A stretch of 60,618 nucleotides of DNA from Candidatus Brachybacterium merdigallinarum (GCA_019115335.1 DXDT01000122.1:1-60618); one strand, 5' to 3'. Positions 9,247-18,846 are shown, counted from the first letter of the stretch. Made by a program: numbers and translations. Notes: generated by a model from the letters alone, not told the origin.

Positions 9247-10374
9247 TCAGCGGGGCATCGGCACCCGCAGGCGCAGCACCCCGGGATCGACCGTCGCGAT
9301 CATGTGGGTCGCCTCGACGTCCGTGTCCCCATCGAGCTGCACCGGCTGCGGTTTCGTGGTCGTGACCCGCACCCCCGGTGTCAGATAGCGCTTCATGCTC
9401 GAGAGCTTCGGCCCGATCCGCGGAGTGAGCTTAGGGTTGATCACCTGGGTCGCGACCTGGCTGAAGCCCGCAGCGCCGCGCCATCCGGCGACCACCACCT
9501 CGAGCTGCCCGTTGTCGATCGTCGCATCCGGCATCAGCACGAACCCGCCGGGCAGCTTGCCCACGTTCCCCAGCAGCACCGTGCGGGCCTTGTGGGCGTG
9601 CCGGGACTCGTCCGGCAGCTGCACCACCACGTCCACCGAGCGGCCCAGCACCGTGCGCACCCCGCCGAACACGTACGCGATCCAGCCGATCCGCTTCTTC
9701 ATCTTCGGATCCGTGTAGCCGATCATCTCGGCATCGGCCCCGAACCCTGCGATCACCAGGAAGATCTGCCGTTCAGCGGCGAGCGCCCCGGCGGAGGAGT
9801 CGCCCACCCGCAGCCAGCCCACGTCCACCTGCCGGTCCTCGCCGGTCAGTGCCGCCGTCATCGCGGCAGAGGGATCCTCGAGCGGGATGTCCACGTTGCG
9901 GGCCAGGAGATTGCCGGTGCCCGCGGGGATGATCCCCATCCGGGTGGAGGTCCCGGCCAGCACCGAGGCGACCATCCGCACCGTGCCGTCACCACCCGCG
10001 GCCATCACCAGATCCGCGCCGTCCCGCAGCGCCTGCTCGGTCTGGCCCCGGCCGGGATCATCGATCGTGGTCTCGTAGAACAGGGTCCGGGCACCCTCGA
10101 TCCGTTCCACCACCTCGCGGATCCGCTGCTGGAACGACTCCGTCTTCTCGAACTTCGACGGGTTCAGCACCACCGCGACCGTGCGCAGACGATCCGGATC
10201 GTCCTCGGCGCCGTCGTCGGGACCCGGGTCCGCGGCGGGCTGCCGGGCGGCCTCGAGGGCGGCGAGCTCCCGACGGTGGCGGGCCTGGCGCCGCAGCACC
10301 ACCGCCAGTAGAGCGATCGTGATGATCGTGGTCAGCACCGAGACGATGCTGAGCACGAGGAGTGTCTGGTCCAT
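9247..10374 (-). CDS. Diacylglycerol/lipid kinase family protein with N-terminal TM anchor
   Basis: VVLNPSK, AAGGDGTV, IPAGTGNLLARN, GFGADA, QLDGD. Confidence 0.9.
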   Translation of the reverse strand: MDQTLLVLSIVSVLTTIITIALLAVVLRRQARHRRELAALEAARQPAADPGPDDGAEDDPDRLRTVAVVLNPSKFEKTESFQQRIREVVERIEGARTLFYETTIDDPGRGQTEQALRDGADLVMAAGGDGTVRMVASVLAGTSTRMGIIPAGTGNLLARNVDIPLEDPSAAMTAALTGEDRQVDVGWLRVGDSSAGALAAERQIFLVIAGFGADAEMIGYTDPKMKKRIGWIAYVFGGVRTVLGRSVDVVVQLPDESRHAHKARTVLLGNVGKLPGGFVLMPDATIDNGQLEVVVAGWRGAAGFSQVATQVINPKLTPRIGPKLSSMKRYLTPGVRVTTTKPQPVQLDGDTDVEATHMIATVDPGVLRLRVPMPR

Positions 10375-10415
10375 GGTGACAGAGTAGGGCCCCGCGACCC
10401 GGGTACCCTGAGGCA

Positions 10416-11678
10416 ATGATCGATCTGCGGCACCTGCGCGAGAACCCTGACGCTGTCCGAGACGCCCAGCGGGCGCGGAGGCGCGATGCCTCCGTGGTCG
10501 ACGCCGTGCTCGAGGCCGACACCCGCTGGCGGGAGTCCACCACCGCCTTCGAGGCCAAGCGGGCCGAGCAGAAGTCCTTCGGCAAGCAGGTCGCCCAGGC
10601 CCAGGGGGAGCAGAAGCAGGAGCTTCTCGCCCAGGTCAAGGAGCTCGCCGCCGAGGTCAAGCGCCTCGAGGGCGAGACCGCCGAGCAGCTCGCCACCCGC
10701 GACCGTCTGCTGCGGTCCATCCCGAACCTCTCCGACGGCGCCCCCGAGGGCCTCGAAGAGGACTTCGTGGTGCGCGAGATCGTCGGCGAGACCCCCGTCT
10801 TCGACCACCCGGTCAAGGACCACCTCGAGATCGCCGAGGGTCTGCGCGCGATCGACATGGCCCGCGGCGCGAAGGTCTCCGGGGCCCGCTTCTACTTCCT
10901 CACCGGGGTCGGCGCACAGCTCGAGCTCGCGATCCTGAACTCCGCGATCGACCAGGCCACGAAGGCCGGGTTCACCCCCATGATCACCCCCACCCTGGTG
11001 CTGCCCGAGTCGATGGAGGGCACCGGCTTCCTCGGTGAGCACGCGGACGAGGTCTACCACCTCGACAAGGGTGATGACCTCTACCTCGTCGGCACCTCCG
11101 AGGTGGCGCTGGCCAGCTACCACAAGGACGAGGTGCTCGACCTGTCCGAGGGACCGCTGCGCTACGCGGGCTGGTCCGCCTGCTATCGCCGCGAGGCCGG
11201 CAGCTACGGCAAGGACACCCGTGGCATCATCCGCGTCCACCAGTTCCACAAGGTCGAGATGTTCTCCTATTGCCGCATCGAGGACTCCTACGAGGAGCAC
11301 GAGCGGCTGCTGGACTGGGAGCGGGAGATGATGGCGCGGATCGACGTGCCCTACCGCATCATCGACACCGCCGCCGGCGACCTCGGCACCTCCGCGGCCC
11401 GCAAGTTCGACTGCGAGGCGTGGATGCCGTCGCAGGAGACCTACCGCGAGCTGACCTCCACCTCGAACACCACCCAGTTCCAGGCGCGTCGGCTGAACAT
11501 CCGCGAGCGCACCGAGGACGGCCTGCGCCCCGTCGCCACCCTCAATGGCACCCTCGGCACCACGCGGTTCCTCGCCGCGATCCTCGAGAACCACCAGGAG
11601 GCCGACGGCTCGGTGGTGGTCCCCGAGGGTCTGCGGCCCTACCTCGGCGGTCGCGAGATCTTCGAGGTCGTCGCATGA
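10416..11678 (+). CDS. serS: Seryl-tRNA synthetase
   Basis: [56 protein letters not shown]. Confidence 0.98.
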   Translation: MIDLRHLRENPDAVRDAQRARRRDASVVDAVLEADTRWRESTTAFEAKRAEQKSFGKQVAQAQGEQKQELLAQVKELAAEVKRLEGETAEQLATRDRLLRSIPNLSDGAPEGLEEDFVVREIVGETPVFDHPVKDHLEIAEGLRAIDMARGAKVSGARFYFLTGVGAQLELAILNSAIDQATKAGFTPMITPTLVLPESMEGTGFLGEHADEVYHLDKGDDLYLVGTSEVALASYHKDEVLDLSEGPLRYAGWSACYRREAGSYGKDTRGIIRVHQFHKVEMFSYCRIEDSYEEHERLLDWEREMMARIDVPYRIIDTAAGDLGTSAARKFDCEAWMPSQETYRELTSTSNTTQFQARRLNIRERTEDGLRPVATLNGTLGTTRFLAAILENHQEADGSVVVPEGLRPYLGGREIFEVVA

Positions 11679-11752
11679 TCCGACGGCTCCGGGAGGCTCT
11701 GCGTCACCGCCGGTTCACCCGCAGGTCAGATCACGCTGACACACTCCCCGCC

Positions 11753-12592
11753 ATGGAGACGACCACGAGCGCCCTCGCCGACTCGCTGCACGGCCTCGCC
11801 GGGGAGGAGCTGCTGATCGGCCTCGACGTGGACGGGACCCTGGTCGATCACGACGGCGTCATGTCCCCGCCGATGCGGGAGGCGCTGCAGGCCGCGGCGC
11901 GCGAGCACACCGTGGTCATCTCCACCGGCCGCTCCCTCGGCGCGACCCTGCCGATCGTCGAGGCCGCCGGGATCACCCGCGGCTACGCCGTCTGCTCCAA
12001 CGGGGCCGTCACCGTCGAGATGGACCCCGAGGCCGACGGCGGCCACCGCGTGATCGACACCCGCGCCTTCCAGCCCGGCCATGCGCTGGCCACCCTCCGG
12101 GATGTCGCCCCCGATGCGCACTACGCGGTCGAGATGGCCGACGGCAGCTTCCACTCCACCGCCGGGTTCCAGGACGCCAGCTTCGGGGTGCAGGCCATCG
12201 AGAGCCCGCTGGAGGAGCTGATGGGGCTGGAGGCGGTGCGCGTGGTCGTCCACGTCCCCGACCTCACCCCCCAGGAGTTCTCCGAGGTCATCGCCGAATC
12301 CGGGGTGCACGGCGTCGAGTACTCGATCGGCTGGACCGCCTGGCTGGACATGGCCGCGCCCGGGGTCTCCAAGGCCTCCGCCCTCGAGGTGCTGCGGGAA
12401 CGGCTAGACATCGAGCTCGCGCACACGGTGGCGGTGGGAGACGGCTTCAACGACACCGAGATGCTCGCCTGGGCCGGAGTGGGAGTGGCGATGGGCCAGG
12501 CGCCGCAGGGCGTCAAGGACGTCGCGGACGTGGTCACCGGCTCGGTCTACGAGGACGGCACCGTGCGGGTGCTGGAGCTGCTTCAGCGCTGA
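11753..12592 (+). CDS. Cof-type HAD-IIB hydrolase
   Basis: LDVDGTL, STGR, CSNGA, GVSKASAL, GDGFNDTEML; alternative start 11675 (ATGA overlap with serS). Confidence 0.92.
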   Translation: METTTSALADSLHGLAGEELLIGLDVDGTLVDHDGVMSPPMREALQAAAREHTVVISTGRSLGATLPIVEAAGITRGYAVCSNGAVTVEMDPEADGGHRVIDTRAFQPGHALATLRDVAPDAHYAVEMADGSFHSTAGFQDASFGVQAIESPLEELMGLEAVRVVVHVPDLTPQEFSEVIAESGVHGVEYSIGWTAWLDMAAPGVSKASALEVLRERLDIELAHTVAVGDGFNDTEMLAWAGVGVAMGQAPQGVKDVADVVTGSVYEDGTVRVLELLQR

Positions 12593-12960
12593 CGGCGCAG
12601 CATCGGTCGGGCCCAGCGCGGGTAGAGGAAGCCGGGCAGGGGGATGAACGGCAGGATCGTCACCAGCACGGGGATCAGCAGCAGGAATCCCACCGGGATC
12701 GTGATCACCAGCAGATACCTCCCGACGACCGGTAGCAGGCTCGCCGCGACGCAGAGGCAGATCAGCGCGATGGCGGGTGCGCCGAGCACCGTCATCCGCT
12801 CATCGAACCAGTTCCAGCCGCCCGTGTGCCCGTCCATCCACTGACGGGCTCGAGGGCTCCCGCCGTGGCGGGCCCAGGCGCAGTAGCCGAGCATCGACAG
12901 GGCCACGAGCGTGAGCACGGCGGAGACGATGAGGCGGGTTCCGATCTGGTCCTCGTACAT
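12583..12960 (-). CDS. Small membrane protein (about 3 TM), candidate immunity protein
   Basis: 125-aa hydrophobic ORF divergent from the WXG100-like gene; the function is inferred from context only. Confidence 0.6.
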   Translation of the reverse strand: MYEDQIGTRLIVSAVLTLVALSMLGYCAWARHGGSPRARQWMDGHTGGWNWFDERMTVLGAPAIALICLCVAASLLPVVGRYLLVITIPVGFLLLIPVLVTILPFIPLPGFLYPRWARPMLRRQR

Positions 12961-13064
12961 GGCCTCAGTGTCGCATCGGAGCGGGATGGGGAGTGCTCCC
13001 CATCGACCCGTGAGCCACCCTGCGTCAGAATGATCCGCATACGAATCTGACAACAGGGGATGAC

Positions 13065-13907
13065 GTGGCCTTCTACGGAATGGATACAGCGCAGGGCGAG
13101 ACCTTCGCCGAGCGCCTGGCTGAACGCAAGGTGACGATCTCCGAGCGGGCGGACGAGCTCGGCTCGGTGATCGGGGGCATCGACGCGTTCTGGATCGGCC
13201 CGGACGCCGAGGACTTCAGGTCCCAGTGGGATTCCGTGCGCTCGGGGACGATCGACCCTGCCGTCGAGCAGCTCTGGAAGCTGGCCCGTGAGCTGTCCGA
13301 GCATGCGCAGGAACAGGACATGGCCTCGGTCGCCAACGCCCTGGAAGGGTTCCTGGAAGGACTGGGGAACATCTTCAAGGTCGGGGACTTCGACTGGGGC
13401 GACATGCTCCCGAGCAGTCCCGCGGCATGGATCAACTCCATCGCCACCGCCCTCGCCAACGGACCTATGGGTGCGAGGCCCGACCGGATGCTCAAGGAAG
13501 CCTGGAAGATCTTCGCCCACCACGGCGAGAAGGGGATCGTGCCCTGGCTCCGCAGCGCCTACGGCCTCAAGAGCGCCGCGAAGTGGCTGGGGCCCATCGG
13601 GAACGTCGCCACCGGACTCTTCTCCGGGGTGGAGAGGCTCATCGAGGACTGGAACGACCCGAGCCTGAACCCTCTCGAGCGCGGGCTCCGAGCCGTCGCC
13701 GACGGGGGCGCGAACGTTGCCGGAGGCGTCGCCGGCGCATGGGGCGGGGCGAAGGCCGGGGCCGCCCTCGGCGGCCTCATCGGCTCGGTCTTCCCGGGCG
13801 CCGGCAACGTGATCGGTGCGGCGGTCGGCGGAGTGGTCGGAGCAGCGGTCGGCGGCTTCGTCGGAAGCGGTGCGGCGAACGCAGTCGTAGACTGGTTGCT
13901 CGGTTGA
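13065..13907 (+). CDS. WXG100-like N-terminal domain fused to glycine-zipper C-terminus (candidate type VII secretion effector)
   Basis: MAFYGMD...FWIGPDAEDFRSQW...LSEHAQEQDMAS (W-x-G in a ~90-aa helical hairpin); C-terminal GGVAGAWGGAKAGAALGGLIGSVFPGAGNVIGAAVGGVVG zipper; AGGGGA SD before GTG. Confidence 0.8.
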   Translation: MAFYGMDTAQGETFAERLAERKVTISERADELGSVIGGIDAFWIGPDAEDFRSQWDSVRSGTIDPAVEQLWKLARELSEHAQEQDMASVANALEGFLEGLGNIFKVGDFDWGDMLPSSPAAWINSIATALANGPMGARPDRMLKEAWKIFAHHGEKGIVPWLRSAYGLKSAAKWLGPIGNVATGLFSGVERLIEDWNDPSLNPLERGLRAVADGGANVAGGVAGAWGGAKAGAALGGLIGSVFPGAGNVIGAAVGGVVGAAVGGFVGSGAANAVVDWLLG

Positions 13908-13937
13908 TGCCGATCGACGGCAGGAACAGAGGACATC

Positions 13938-14450
13938 TTGACGAAGTCAGTGGAGCTCATCGAGCACGAGTTCTCCCTCCCCGCGACCGACGGGCTCACG
14001 GTGACAGTGGGAGCCCCGGCCGGCTGGCACACCCAGCTCACCTCGGAGCCCGACTCCTTCCTCGCGAACCTCGACGGGGAGGAGGCAGGACCGTTCGGCG
14101 ACAACCTCATCGTGACCGTCGAGCGCCTGACGGAGGAGGCCCCCACCGATCTCGAGGAGCTGCAGGGGCTGTTCCTGATCCAGGCGCACGATGCCACCCC
14201 CGATCTCCACGTGATCGATGACCGTGAGATCGAGGTCGCCGGCGACCGCGGATGGTTCCGCGCCTCGCTGCAGACCGCCCCGGCCCCGACGGAGATGACC
14301 GTCGTCTCCCGCCAGATCTTCACCGTGCGGGAGGGCTTCGTGGTCTCCCTGGTGCTGACGTCGATGTCATTCCGGGATTCCCTGGCATCGGCGCAGTTCC
14401 GCGCCATCGTCGACTCCGTGCAGATCCGCGTGCCCGAGGAGGACCGCTGA
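13938..14450 (+). CDS. DcrB/PsbP(Mog1p)-like fold protein, no signal peptide
   Basis: PAGW...FGDNLIVTVE pattern, beta-rich core and C-terminal FRAIVDSVQI helix are typical of DcrB/DUF1795/LpqN-like proteins; TTG start after GAGGA. Confidence 0.6.
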   Translation: MTKSVELIEHEFSLPATDGLTVTVGAPAGWHTQLTSEPDSFLANLDGEEAGPFGDNLIVTVERLTEEAPTDLEELQGLFLIQAHDATPDLHVIDDREIEVAGDRGWFRASLQTAPAPTEMTVVSRQIFTVREGFVVSLVLTSMSFRDSLASAQFRAIVDSVQIRVPEEDR

Positions 14451-15193
14451 TGGCGACCACGTACGACCCCACAGGTGCATTCCGAGGCACCCCCGGACGT
14501 CTGGAGAAGCTCCGTGAGCGACTCGGCGCGCTCCCGGACGCCTCCGGACTCGCCGCGGTGCTCCGCGAATCGGGGGTGCAGGGCGGTGCCAGCCCGGACG
14601 ACCCGTTGCTGGACGCCATGCGAGAAGCGCTGACGAGGACCGTCTTCTCGGTGACGATCGTGAACTCCGGGCCGGGCGGGAGCCACCAGCACCACATCGA
14701 TGCCGGAGCCAATGCGGTGTCCGTCCGACTCAGTGACGGGGGAGAGGACCGCGGGGAGCTGGCCGTCAGCCCGTTCCCGATCCTCCACGGCCAGATCGCA
14801 CGACTGGTGCGCTTTCAGCCGGGCACCGCGCCGGAGCAGGGCCAGCCGGCGCTCGAGGTGGATCCGGGGCTGATCCTCGACCTCTCCGCCGAGGACGGCG
14901 AGACGAGGGAGGCGGCATTCGCACGCCTGCTGCTCGCCGTCGGGGACAGCATCGATCCCGAAGCAGCCAGTGCGTCCTGGCAGCTCGTGCAGAGTCGCGC
15001 CGCATGGACCGGCACCGAGGGACAGCCCGTCGAGAAGCTGTCGGTGTACCTGCGAGCCGGGGATCGCTACTTCGTGCTCGAGGAGACCTCGGACGGGGCC
15101 TTCCTCCTCGTGCCGGTGCCCTCGATCGAGGCCTGGGAGGCGATGACGCACGTGCTCCCCGGCAACGACGAGGTCAAGGACCCTCGGAGCTGA
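14450..15193 (+). CDS. EspG-like (ESX secretion-associated chaperone-like) protein
   Basis: 247 aa, TGATG-coupled to the previous gene; C-terminal VYLRAGDRYFVL...LVP pattern and size resemble EspG; recognised by eye only. Confidence 0.5.
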   Translation: MATTYDPTGAFRGTPGRLEKLRERLGALPDASGLAAVLRESGVQGGASPDDPLLDAMREALTRTVFSVTIVNSGPGGSHQHHIDAGANAVSVRLSDGGEDRGELAVSPFPILHGQIARLVRFQPGTAPEQGQPALEVDPGLILDLSAEDGETREAAFARLLLAVGDSIDPEAASASWQLVQSRAAWTGTEGQPVEKLSVYLRAGDRYFVLEETSDGAFLLVPVPSIEAWEAMTHVLPGNDEVKDPRS

Positions 15194-16118
15194 CCTCCAG
15201 GATCACCTTGCCGAGGTGACCGCCCTCGCGCAGGATCGCGTGGGCATCATTGCCCCGCTCGAGCGGCAGGCGGGCGTGGATCGGGATCCGCAGGGTGCCG
15301 TCGGCCAGCAGCGGCCACACCAGCTCGCGGGTGCGCTCGAGGATCTCGCCCTTGGCCTGCGGGGCGCGGGAGCGCAGCGTGGTGCCGATGACCCGAGCCC
15401 GCTTGCCCATCAGCTGCCCGATCGGCAGCTCGCCGCTCGCACCGCCCAGGGTGCCGATGATCACCAGGCGCCCGTGCTCGCGCAGCATCGAGACGTTGCT
15501 GCCCAGGGCCGAGCCGCCGATCACATCGAGGATCACGTCGGCGCCGCCGAGCGCCTCGACCTCGCCGGGCAGATCGGTCGTGTGCCGGTTCCAGGCATGA
15601 TCGGCGCCGAGCTCGCGCAGCTGTGCGGCGGCGGCGTCGGACCCGGCGGTGGTGAGCACCCGCGCACCGAGGGCGGAGGCCAGCTGGATCGCGGTGGTGC
15701 CGATCCCGCCCGTGCCTCCGTGGATCAGCACCGTCTCACCCGCGCGCAGCCCCGCCTCGATGACGAGGTTGGAGACCACGGTCGCGGTGACCTCGATGAC
15801 GCCGGCGGCGTCAAGGAGGTCCAGGTTGTGCGGCGCCGGCAGCAGCTGCTGCTCGGGGACGGCGACGACCTCCGCATAGCCGCCTCCCGCGAGCAGCGCC
15901 ACCACGGCGTCACCGGTATCGCGGCGGTGACCGGAGACCTCGAGGCCGGGCAGGTCGGAGGCTCCGGGCGGCGGCGGGTACTTCCCCGCGGTCTGGGCGA
16001 CGTCGGCGCGATTGACGCCCGCGGCGGTGACGTCGACCAGCACCTCGCCGGGGCCGGGAGAGGGCTCGGGCAGCTCGGCGAGCTCCAGGGATCCGTCGGT
16101 GATCTGCAGTGCGCGCAT
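15174..16118 (-). CDS. NAD(P)H-quinone oxidoreductase (PIG3/zeta-crystallin-like MDR)
   Basis: AAGVNRAD, YPPPPGASDLPGLEVSG, IHGGTGGIG, GTTLRSR, GKVIL. Confidence 0.93.
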   Translation of the reverse strand: MRALQITDGSLELAELPEPSPGPGEVLVDVTAAGVNRADVAQTAGKYPPPPGASDLPGLEVSGHRRDTGDAVVALLAGGGYAEVVAVPEQQLLPAPHNLDLLDAAGVIEVTATVVSNLVIEAGLRAGETVLIHGGTGGIGTTAIQLASALGARVLTTAGSDAAAAQLRELGADHAWNRHTTDLPGEVEALGGADVILDVIGGSALGSNVSMLREHGRLVIIGTLGGASGELPIGQLMGKRARVIGTTLRSRAPQAKGEILERTRELVWPLLADGTLRIPIHARLPLERGNDAHAILREGGHLGKVILEVSSEGP

Positions 16119-16155
16119 GGATCCACGGTAATGGCTTGACGGCTCACTGGTTCCG

Positions 16156-16181
16156 TGGTTCATTAGGGGAGTAATGAACCA
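16156..16181. promoter_or_regulatory. Inverted-repeat operator TGGTTCATTA-N6-TAATGAACCA (likely YtrA/GntR site); TTGACG -35 at 16136
   Basis: Perfect AT-rich 10-bp inverted repeat directly before the AAGGAGG SD of the GntR gene. Confidence 0.75.
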
Positions 16182-16192
16182 AGGAGGTGGGC

Positions 16193-16552
16193 ATGCTCGA
16201 CGAGTCGAAGCCGCTCTTCATCGCAGTCGCGGAGCAGATCGAGGACGGGATCCTCGACGGCACCTATCCGGAGGACACCCCGGTGCCCTCGACCAACGAG
16301 CTGGCCGCCTTCCTGCGCATCAATCCCGCCACCGCCGGTAAAGGGCTGAACCGTCTGGCCGACGCCGGTGTGCTGGTCAAGCGCCGCGGGGTGGGCATGT
16401 TCGTCGCCCCGGGAGCCGCCGACCTGCTGCGACAGCGCCGCCGCGACGACTTCGCCCGCGACTACATCGTCCCCCTGCTGCGCGAGGCCGCCCACCTGGG
16501 CATCGCCCCCCACGAACTGACCGCCATGATCACCACGGAGGCACCCCGATGA
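16193..16552 (+). CDS. GntR family (YtrA) regulator
   Basis: PLFIAVAEQIEDGIL...PSTNELAAFLRINPATAGKG...KRRGVGMFV; alternative GTG at 16187. Confidence 0.93.
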   Translation: MLDESKPLFIAVAEQIEDGILDGTYPEDTPVPSTNELAAFLRINPATAGKGLNRLADAGVLVKRRGVGMFVAPGAADLLRQRRRDDFARDYIVPLLREAAHLGIAPHELTAMITTEAPR

Positions 16553-17424
16553 CCGCCATCGAGACCCGCAACCTGACCAAGCGCTTCGGTGACGTCGCCG
16601 CCGTCGAGGACGTCACGCTCGACCTCACCGAGAACCGCGTGCACGGACTGCTGGGCCGCAACGGCGCCGGCAAGACGACCCTGATGAAGCTCCTGACCGC
16701 CCAGCTGTTCCCCACAGCAGGGCAGATGCGGGTGCTGGGGGAGGATCCCCGGGAGAACGTCCCCGTGCTCTCCCAGACCTGCTTCATCCAGGAGAGCCAG
16801 AAGTACCCCGACGGCTTCCGGCCCCGGGACGTGCTGTCCATCGCCTCCGGGCTCTACCCGCACTGGGACGAGCAGCTCGCCCGCGACCTCGTCGGCGAGT
16901 TCCGCCTCCCCCAGAAGCGGGCGATCAAGAAGCTCTCCCGGGGGCAGCTCTCCGCCGTCGGCATCGTCATCGGGCTCGCCTCCCGTGCTCCGCTGACCTT
17001 CTTCGACGAGCCCTATCTCGGTCTCGACGTTGTCGCCCGGCGACTCTTCTTCGACCGGCTCCTGGCCGACTTCGCTGAGCACCCCCGCACCGTCATCCTC
17101 TCCACCCACCACATCGACGAGGTCGCGAACCTCCTCGAGCACGTGGTGCTGCTGGACGAGGGCCGCGTGGTGATCGACGAGGAGGCCGAGACGCTGCAGA
17201 GTGCCGCCATCGAGGTCTCCGGCCGGGCCGAGGAGGTGCGGGAGTTCGCCGCCCACGGCGACGTGATGCGGATCCAGGAGATCGGCGGCCTCGCCACCGC
17301 CACCGTCCACGCCTGCGAGGGCCGCGCCGAACAGGCGGCCCGCGCCGCCGGCCTTCAGGTCGCCCCGGTGTCCCTGCAGGAGTACATCGTCCACCGCACC
17401 ACCCATGCCACCAGCTCGAGCTGA
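16549..17424 (+). CDS. ABC transporter ATP-binding protein (ABC-2 type)
   Basis: GRNGAGKTT, LSRGQ, FFDEP, STHH. Confidence 0.95.
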   Translation: MTAIETRNLTKRFGDVAAVEDVTLDLTENRVHGLLGRNGAGKTTLMKLLTAQLFPTAGQMRVLGEDPRENVPVLSQTCFIQESQKYPDGFRPRDVLSIASGLYPHWDEQLARDLVGEFRLPQKRAIKKLSRGQLSAVGIVIGLASRAPLTFFDEPYLGLDVVARRLFFDRLLADFAEHPRTVILSTHHIDEVANLLEHVVLLDEGRVVIDEEAETLQSAAIEVSGRAEEVREFAAHGDVMRIQEIGGLATATVHACEGRAEQAARAAGLQVAPVSLQEYIVHRTTHATSSS

Positions 17425-17436
17425 GAGGAACCCGCC

Positions 17437-18153
17437 ATGAGATACCGCAGCGTCATCGACATGCACTTCGTCAACCGGATGCAGGCCGTCGGCTGGCAGC
17501 CGATCGCTCTGGCGATCGCCTTCGCCGTGGTCCTCGCCATCGGCGCGATTCTGGGCGCCCAGGGGCCCGAGGCCGTGGCCGGGATGCACGAGGGGATGAG
17601 GTTCAACGGAGCGATCTTCGCGATCCTCGGCCCGATGATCGGGTACGGCTTCACCTCCATGGGCCAGTACTTCCCCCTCGCCCTCGGCCTCGGCGTGACC
17701 CGCCGGGAGTTCGCCACCGGCGTGAGCCTGGTGTTCCTCGGCAACGCCGTCGTCTACTCCGTGCTGATCACGATCGGGAAGATCATCGAGGTCGCCACCG
17801 ACGGCTTCGGCCTGCACATCCGCTTCTTCGACGTGCTCTACGTGGGCACCGGCCCCGCCTGGCAGACCCTGATCCAGTCCTTCCTGGTGCTGCTGGCCAC
17901 GATGCTCCTGGGGGCCGCCATCACCACCGTGTTCCTGCGGTTCGGACAGGGCTTCCTGTGGACCGCAGGCGCCGTCCTGGCACTGCTGGTGGTGGCCCTG
18001 CTGGCCGGGATCGTCTTCTTGGACGGCTTCGGACGCGCCCTGCTGGACCTGCTGACCATGGGCTGGTGGTCGTGGATGGGCGTGATCGCCGCGATCGGCC
18101 TCGCCTCGGCCGCGGTCTGGCTGCTGCTGGTCCGCCGCACCCAGGTGCGGTGA
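17437..18153 (+). CDS. ABC-2 type permease-like membrane protein
   Basis: About 6 TM; FPLALGLGVTRREF motif; follows the ATPase. Confidence 0.8.
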   Translation: MRYRSVIDMHFVNRMQAVGWQPIALAIAFAVVLAIGAILGAQGPEAVAGMHEGMRFNGAIFAILGPMIGYGFTSMGQYFPLALGLGVTRREFATGVSLVFLGNAVVYSVLITIGKIIEVATDGFGLHIRFFDVLYVGTGPAWQTLIQSFLVLLATMLLGAAITTVFLRFGQGFLWTAGAVLALLVVALLAGIVFLDGFGRALLDLLTMGWWSWMGVIAAIGLASAAVWLLLVRRTQVR

Positions 18154-18267
18154 GCAGCGACCGACCCGTCATCGCGTCTTTCCAGTCAGCACCCGGCGGC
18201 ATATTCCCTGGTGAGCGGCCTATGGTGTGGAGTGCACAGCTCATCTGACCGAGGAGGAACACCCCCG

Positions 18268-18846
18268 ATGCGCAAGACCGTGCTGCTCCTGTCCACCCTC
18301 GCCCTGTCGACGCTCCCGCTGGCGGCCTGCGGAGGCGAGGGCGAGGAGGCCCCCACAGCGGAGACCGCCCCGACGGCCGCCCCCGAGGACGCACCGGACG
18401 AGACCGAGGAGCCCAGGGAGGCCTCCGATGCGGGCGGGGAGGAGATGGAAGAAGAGGCTGAGGCGACGGCCGCCGGCCCCGCGCCGGAGGACGCCGTGAT
18501 CCCCGCCGCGGCCGTGACCGATCCGCCGCCGGAGGTCGGCGCGTTCTCGCTGATGGACGGCAGCGGCCCGGCCCACATGTACTCCCATGACGAGGAGAGC
18601 ATCCTCATCAGCGTGGACTCCACCGTGCTCGCCTCCGACTACGACACACTCGCCGGGGAGATCGCGACGGACAACACCCCCGCCGGCACGGGCAGCTGCG
18701 GGACGAACAGCTCGGGCAGCTCGATCGTCTGCTACCAGCGCACCGAGGACGGCGTGATCACCGTGACCGCGATCCCCGAGGAGATCAGCCTCGAGGGCAC
18801 GGCTGCGTTCGTGGACCAGTTCGCCGAGACGGCCGGCGCGGCCTGA
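18268..18846 (+). CDS. Putative lipoprotein
   Basis: MRKTVLLLSTLALSTLPLAAC lipobox, acidic linker, small C-terminal domain with 2 Cys; GAGGAGG SD. Confidence 0.8.
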   Translation: MRKTVLLLSTLALSTLPLAACGGEGEEAPTAETAPTAAPEDAPDETEEPREASDAGGEEMEEEAEATAAGPAPEDAVIPAAAVTDPPPEVGAFSLMDGSGPAHMYSHDEESILISVDSTVLASDYDTLAGEIATDNTPAGTGSCGTNSSGSSIVCYQRTEDGVITVTAIPEEISLEGTAAFVDQFAETAGAA

